A stretch of 56,118 nucleotides of DNA, filler included, from Sphacelaria rigidula (taxonomy: Eukaryota): the NCBI GenBank assembly GCA_964200075.2. It is 7 parts of 7 records of this genome, joined end to end, with 100 filler letters (N's around TTAATTAATTAA, not from the genome) between each part and the next. Parts side by side here need not be neighbours in the genome. Positions count along the whole stretch, not along the records: positions 48,188 to 56,118 come from CAXNAA020012939.1; 6 more parts are not named here. One strand, 5' to 3'. Position numbers and translations under genes: made by a program. Shown here one piece after another: positions 49,395 to 56,118 of this stretch. Numbering within the stretch: the first letter of the stretch is position 1; every line of letters begins with the position of its first letter. The notes below the pieces were generated by a model. It was not told the DNA's origin. It did no database searches and saw only the letters and a list, made by a program, of their open reading frames with translations.

Positions 49395-51750
49395 GCTGTT
49401 GCTATTGTTGCTATTGTTGCTGTTGTTGCGCCAGCGATGGCGGCTCTCCTTTTGGGGGCTTTTGAGACCAGGAAAGCCTCTCCGCTGTTGGTGGGATCTG
49501 GGGAGGTTTTCGCATCACTGCGCGTCCTCCAATTCCTCCGCCCAGTTCTTGGCGCCCAGAACATTCTCTCAAGCGGTATTGCTCAAGCAATATGACAATT
49601 CGCCATTCGTTACGATCTATATTGGTCGTTCAATATGTGCCCCGCAACACCTGCTCATCCCTTATGGCGCCGTAGCCCTCAGATGGCCCCTAGATGGACA
49701 CGTCAAAAATGCGTGAAAAACGACGACTTCGCCCGTGTGCAAAACGCCATATTGCGCGGGTGAGGGGTTCGGAACTTTTTATTTCTGCGAAAGGGGTGCC
49801 ATCGGAAGTAAGTGGGTGATATGGAACTAGACTACAAGCAATATAACGGCAATAAGGACATGGTACTTGATATTTGGGTGCATCCACAACCCCGGCGCCA
49901 AATCAGGGATCAAGTATAAAATCGTATGCACGTCCAACATCACATTTGTGCATCTTTCCCTGCTGGCTGATAGCAGTGCAGCCGGGGGCTTGTGTACAAG
50001 TGCTTGATGACAGTCCCCAGTGCAACTTCGAGTGGATGAGAAAGCGATGACGGAGAATACCGCGCGGTGTCTCGTCCTATATTCTCCAAGGACCACCCCT
50101 AATAGTTCACTGTCGACGCTTCGTCGCACAACACATGGCCCTCGTAAAAACCAGGCAAGCAATAGCCTCGGGCCAGCGGTTGTGGGGTCACCATCACCCA
50201 TCTCCTTCGCACTGCCGCATGCACCGCGGTGCTAAGTATCGTTTGTCGGCAGACCGCTGTGCTACTGTGTGTAAACTGTCGTTTACATCCTATGGAGTCG
50301 ACAGTATATTGTGCTGTCTGTACTGCACTAAGTTGGAATCTGTCGTGATTTGATGCTATACTGTACTGTCAGTTGTGTGCACCTACATATCCCCAGGACT
50401 GTCAGCTGAAATATTGTACCGAAACGAGGCCCGGCGCTTGAGGCTTTAGGTACGCAGTTCCAGCGATGTGGGCGTCTGTATACTTCACAATACACACTGC
50501 TCGCTCGATACGATAACTCTCCTGACGTTACAAACTACGCTAGTTGTTTCAAAATATCTTCCGCAACGTGCTCAATTATATATAGCGGCGGCAATATTGT
50601 CCCATGCTTCAACATGTTCGACCGAAATATATTCAAGCCATGTCGACATGGTTAGGGTGTCGAATGCTTTGTGTTGAGGAAAGGGCCTGTTTTAAGGAGA
50701 CAAAGAGAGTGAGAATGATTCTGGCGGTTTCGGTGACTTTGTTTTTTGTTTGTTCTTCCAATTGGTTGAGAGTTGATGAACAACCAATATGTTGCCCATC
50801 AACCCTCCACCAATATGAGGGACAAAGGAAGAAAAAAAAACATAAAGGCCAGAGTCATTCTCACTCTCACGGCGCGTTCTCACTCTTCTTGTTTGGTCAA
50901 AGAAGGCCCTGAATACGAGTGATGACTGCCACGGTACTCCCCCAGACTATCATAACCGATTGCAGTGGTGAGTGTTGTGCCCCATTGTGCAAACCTCACT
51001 TGTGCATGTAGCAACCTGCAGTCCTTGTGCTCGTTGCACCGTATAGTACAGGGTGGTGTCGTACGGGGAAGTAGTTACGTTTTACGTGCGCATTCGGTCA
51101 CCTTGGCCCCATACTTTATGCAACGTATCGCTCATCAATGCACTCCGTCGCTCGGGTCGTTATCCATTGCGTGCACGAGCAAGTTGTAGCTCATAACCTG
51201 GACGCCATATGCCTCTGCCAACGCAATGCACCCGCCAACTATACTGCGCAGGTACGAGACTAGGACCAATAGAATCTTGGGGCTCCTGGGACTGAGCTTC
51301 GAGGGACAGAAAAGTTTGGGCGATGCTCTCAAACGACACCAGATGGCAGCCGCGAGAACTGGGGAGGCGGGCGGAAGTGTGGGAAAGGCATGGAAGCGGT
51401 GACCTGCGGGACAATACACCGCTCCGCATCGTACGCGCTTTGCTCTGCTCGTGAAGTGTCTGTTCCAGCCAAGGACTCCTCGTTTCGTACCTTATTCCGT
51501 CTGCGTCTTTGTTGCGCAAGTCCATCTTGTTTTCTTCGATGTCAGCGGCTATGTTGTTCGTCGTCGCGTCAAAAGGTGCAAATAGGTTCCTGTATCGGAG
51601 TATTGGGGATGCCAGAGGCAAGTCGTGTAGTTTGGTTCTGGTGTGCCAGTAAGGACGTGTGTGCGTTGCTGTGCGCAATAGATTAGGCGCTCGAATCGTA
51701 GCTCGCTTGGCGCGTCGAGTCATTCCCGTTCGTTTTTACAAAATTCTATT
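49395..51750 (-). mobile_element. Highly decayed LINE-like RT relic with CAA-rich tail
   Basis: Manual translation gives KAFDTL (~50670), a KYTD remnant of YADD (~50480), ENVLGAKNWAEELE near the 3' end, and a (CAACAATAG)n-like tail at 49395-49428. Many stops. Confidence 0.45.
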
Positions 51751-52625
51751 ACATGTTCCGCACCTAGCTGCGACATCTTACTCCCTTGCACGTAGTCGTG
51801 TACATTATTATACACAGGCCGTGCCAGAACTACCCCTGTGTAGGTTTGTTTTGCTCCCTTGTACCTTGCCGGCCTCGTTTAGGCGTACGAAGCAGGAATT
51901 GATACCGGCCCTCTCACGCACATGTAAGAAAAATATGGCTTTTTACGGGCACAGGCCGGGCTGCTACGCCGTTAACCTCTTGGGTCCTGAATGCCACCGA
52001 TCGACCCCAGGTGTAAACTCTACCAACAAGGCACCGCCACTGCAAAGGTGTGACGGATTTTCCATGATGTTGAACGTACAATCCTGGAGATTATCATCGC
52101 GGTTGACACCACAGTATTGTCGGACAACTGGGATGCAGTAAAAAACGAAATGTATCGAGTGCGGCCGACTCGCTAACGCTGATTGTGTCCAAACCGGCTG
52201 AAAAAACTAATCTTGCGTCCATTATTTGCGTCATGCCCGGTAACTGGAAACCAACATTTCGAATAGTGTCAATGTTTTCCTGAGATGGAGAGTAGAGGAT
52301 GCGATCGAGAGTGAGAAGCGCTAGATTAATCAGTGGATCGTTTCAGTTCCGAAGTGCCCCTCCACCAGGCCCGACACGCTTTCTGTAACAGCTTGCCTCT
52401 GAAGACCTTGATGTCTCGTGTACAACTGTGAGTACACGCCAGCGTTATACGTGAAGAAGCACACACTTGATATGAGTATTGGTCCAGGTAAAGCGGATAA
52501 CAAAACCCACTTTCAATCAACGCTCTACTCTCAATCTCACGAAAACACTGCTTAGTGTACTCCTAGATATTTTTATAGCAGGCGTATCCCGTGAGCTTGG
52601 TTGGGAAACCCTTTTGTTGGTATGT

Positions 52626-53094
52626 AAGACCCACTTTTATGGCAACGAATCTCGATTTGTACAAATATGAGGATTTCAGCCCGTCTACAGGCGATTTTCC
52701 CGCGTAGATTGATTTTTCGGACCCCATTCCGTTGGGCAGTGTTTTTCGGCTTAGCTGTGAGTACGCCAGATCGATTCTGCGATGCTCTGGACGTTTACTT
52801 TCGGTATACTGTACCACCTCTCTGCTCAAATCGGGAGACTCCTGCATCTCCCCCGATCTTTTCTGAAAACCGGGGGAGATACGGGAGTGTCCCGATTTCA
52901 ACAGAAAGGTAATGTATCGAAAGTCAACGCCCAAAAAATCGGAGAATCGATATCGTTTGCTCACAGCTAGCCGAAAAACATTGCCCAATGGACTGGGGTC
53001 CTAAAAATCAATCCACGGGAGAAAACCGCCTGTAGACGGGCTGAAATCCCCATATTTGTACAAATCGAGATTCGTCGCCATAAAACTGGGTCTT
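52626..53094. mobile_element. Foldback element, 469 bp
   Basis: AAGACCCACTTTTATGGCAACGAATCTCGATTTGTACAAATATG ... CATATTTGTACAAATCGAGATTCGTCGCCATAAAACTGGGTCTT. The arms pair inward to ~52865. Confidence 0.85.
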
Positions 53095-56000
53095 GAAGCC
53101 CTTCATTATTCCGGGTCGACGGTTGACGGAATATTCTGTGGAGTATGGCAGGAAGAGGTGTGGACACATTACAAGTTATCTCCCTCTCTTCGCCGAAAAC
53201 AAACGGGGCGCGACGGGGGCTGCTCCCCTGAAAAACGACTGGGCGGGAAAATTCGTTCCTTCACACGCAAACGCTACCCACCCCACTCTGTCCTTCCCAT
53301 GTAAAACACTTGATATTAAATCGTTGACAATCTTCACAGTCACACCCAACGATGCTGTGTTACATCAACCAGAGGCGGGGGAATCACGGCTTGGCTGGAA
53401 TGTCAAGATTAAGGGACACAGTAGGTACTACTAAACAGCGTTGAGCACCCTCAGCCCACACTGTAGAAGCATCCCTACCTCACCGGATTTGAGGGGGGTA
53501 TGATATTTTGTGCCCGAAATAAGGTTTCTGTCTCAACAAGGTTAAAAAGTTGAAAAAAATAAGACCCGCCGGACAGCGGCGACGAGAGGCAGAGTGCCCT
53601 TAATCGTTACCATGTAGCCCCGATGTCCCTCCGGCCCTGGTGTCTACAGACTGATGCCAGCAGATGAAAACTCTCTCGCGTCGAGTACCAAACGACAAGT
53701 ATATTCCTGTATACTCCTGAAATAGTGGACAGCGATGAGCGGAACCATTTCCACTTCAACTGTGTGCTCTCACGCCACTTCCCCCCCTCCCCTCCACCGA
53801 TTCAGATTATGCAAGCGGATCATTGGGAGGAACCTAAACTTTTCCTCGAGCTGGACATGACGACTGTCTGTGTTTGACTCACGTGTTGCTGTAGAACTTT
53901 ACACGATTACTACTGGCTACAACTCTTGTCACACCATCGATCGCCAACTACATTGTACCGGCTTCGGGACTTTCGCGATGCTTAAAAGTCGTCAAAGGGT
54001 CATTCATCTCCGCGGACCAACAATTCACACAATTTTCAACTTTCTCCGCAACCGTCGTGCCTGGTGCGTTATCGCACTACACCGACCGCAGTTGTTGATT
54101 GATTGAGTGACCATATCACATTACGAGTAGACTGACCGAATCCACATCGATCTACGATACTGAAGGACAATCCTTCTCCAGAAGTTAATCTAGCCCGAAG
54201 CCGACCACCCTGGAGGCCGCAAAGAGCACACACACAACATCATCTACGATGATAATGCAGCCCCGTGTTGTTAGTGGCACGGCATTACATCAATCCCAAC
54301 TCCATTCTCCAGCAGAAACAAAATGATTCGCCGACCGTTGCGTGTTTCGAATATCTGGTTGTATACGTCACATGTAAGAGGGGTGGATCTTCCATTGCTG
54401 TTTCTGTCCCCGATCCCCTCCCGAATTTCGTGGCGTGTTTCTAATCTCAGTGTTGTCGCATTTGAGCATCTCACGCGAGCTGGCGTGTTTCCTACAGGTT
54501 CTTCAGGGGGTGACCAGGAGTACTACGGCCCCTCAGGCCTATACGACGTGCGATTACTGGAGTGGTGGTCTCACTGCTGTACATCCTCGTCTCTGTGGCG
54601 CGCAGGTATGACTCCTGGGGTAATGACTGCTTGTGTTCTGATTTCCAAAGAGCTTCTCTCCCCAAAATGAGTTTTGAGTCCACATTTTTTTGGGGGTTTT
54701 GAGATCTCGGAACTTTTTTCGTATACAAATGATAAGTAAAAACCTAGGGTGTTTCCCCGCGGAGCATTGGAAAATTGCGGATCAGAAAAAAGGATCGGAC
54801 AGGGCTCCAGCTTCTTGGTTTTTGTCTCCTCAACCAGGGCTGCACCAGCACCCCCGTCACAGTACCGTTATTTATCATGCGCCTTTTCCTTCCGTTGTCT
54901 AGACCTAGCTTCTGGCTGTATATTGATCATTCCGTCGTCACCCAAGCGCCGCATCCATTTCTTGATCGCCTCGCGTCGGTGCTCTCGTTACCGCTTTACT
55001 CCAAAAAAGGACCGAACAAGCGGTAAACACGAACGCAACGCATGACTCCCGGCTCATCTAGATACAGTACTCTTCTGACCAGTCACAGGATTTTTCTCAA
55101 AGTGCCAGACAACAGGACTAGTTTGTTGTTGCATTTGACGTTGCCTCTTTACCCCATATGGGCAGTGAGATATACCATGGGATGAGCTCATCAATCATTC
55201 CTTCACGAAAGTCTGGGCGTCGCTGGAGACCATCTGTGTGTAATTGCCAGCCATGGCGTTGACGAGCAACGAAACATCGGCTTGATACGTCTGACTGTGT
55301 AGTAGCCTGTCCGAGAGCTCTTCTATGACATGATGCAGGGCATCGTGATTATATGTGGTGAGTTGTCTTCGTGACGCACCTTTTTCATTTTTTTCGTCTC
55401 ATTGTTTTTCCAAGCGGATGTGTACACCTCCGTCGTCTGGGTGTCTCGAAACGACGGAAACAGTCGTCGGAATAATCCATACCACAACAGTACAGTGGCC
55501 GACAAGTCGGGGCTACTTGTATAGTAACTGCGCATATTCGAGGGGATTCTACGGTCCTTCACCTACCGAGAGCTTTATACAGTGTTCAGCCTTTTTCCCG
55601 TCGTTGGCAAGACACGTGAAGCTCGCACTGTCAGCGTTGCTCGTATCATACTGTTTCTGTTTTCACTCCTGCAGTTGAGAAGCCAACTCATATATATTTT
55701 TATGCGATATATTCTACAACTTGACGCGCACTGACACGCGCTGCGGAAAGCTCGTAGACCAAGCCAAAAAGGCCCGAGTATGGTGCACTTCAGTACCATA
55801 TTGTTCGTACACGGTATCAGCTGCAGACACGTGATTGGATCTGTACCACTGCAGAGTGGTCTACTGCACTGCTTTCTCTGTTTCGAAGTTCGGTGTTCAT
55901 ATCGGAACAGGTGCTCAGGTATCTAAGGTGCATGGGAGAGTTGATAGTTTGGACCTTGCCTCGCATCCCGATAGGATAAATGATATGCTCTTGATTTCTC

Positions 56001-56118
56001 AGCTGCAGGCCTGACCTGTACTCGCACACCAGAGAAGCAACTGCGAACCTGAATCAACCTCGGCCAGACGCGCCCCCCCCCCTGTTGTAAGAGATTTATT
56101 AATTCACGGTGCCTAGAA

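Overview
Eukaryotic, intron-rich, repeat-laden DNA. A stramenopile, probably a brown alga, is inferred from the short exons, long GT-AG introns, axonemal dynein and TTAGGG-type repeats. The window is not one locus. It is seven contigs of 7932, 7931, 7931, 7931, 7931, 7931 and 7931 bp joined by identical artificial 100-bp spacers (N44-TTAATTAATTAA-N44), i.e. a size-sorted concatenation, so nothing can be linked across spacers. Genes recovered as partial exon chains: one PPR-protein exon and a hypothetical minus-strand gene (contig 1), an AGC-family Ser/Thr kinase with a probable GC-AG intron and an acidic activation-loop insert (contig 2), the 3' part of an ARG1/ARL1-type DnaJ co-chaperone (contig 3) and four exons of an axonemal dynein heavy chain stalk (contig 5). 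The rest is mostly mobile DNA: a decayed Ty3/gypsy element with a 5' LTR and PBS, LINE and Copia relics, several MITE families (one carrying telomere-like repeats, one with 4-bp TSDs), and two ~470-bp foldback hairpins. The most notable signal is two abundant short repeat families (A and B). They share a homologous ~70-nt end running into a poly-C tract, vary in length at the other end, and sit head-to-tail with each other, suggesting a poly-C-targeting retroposon system.
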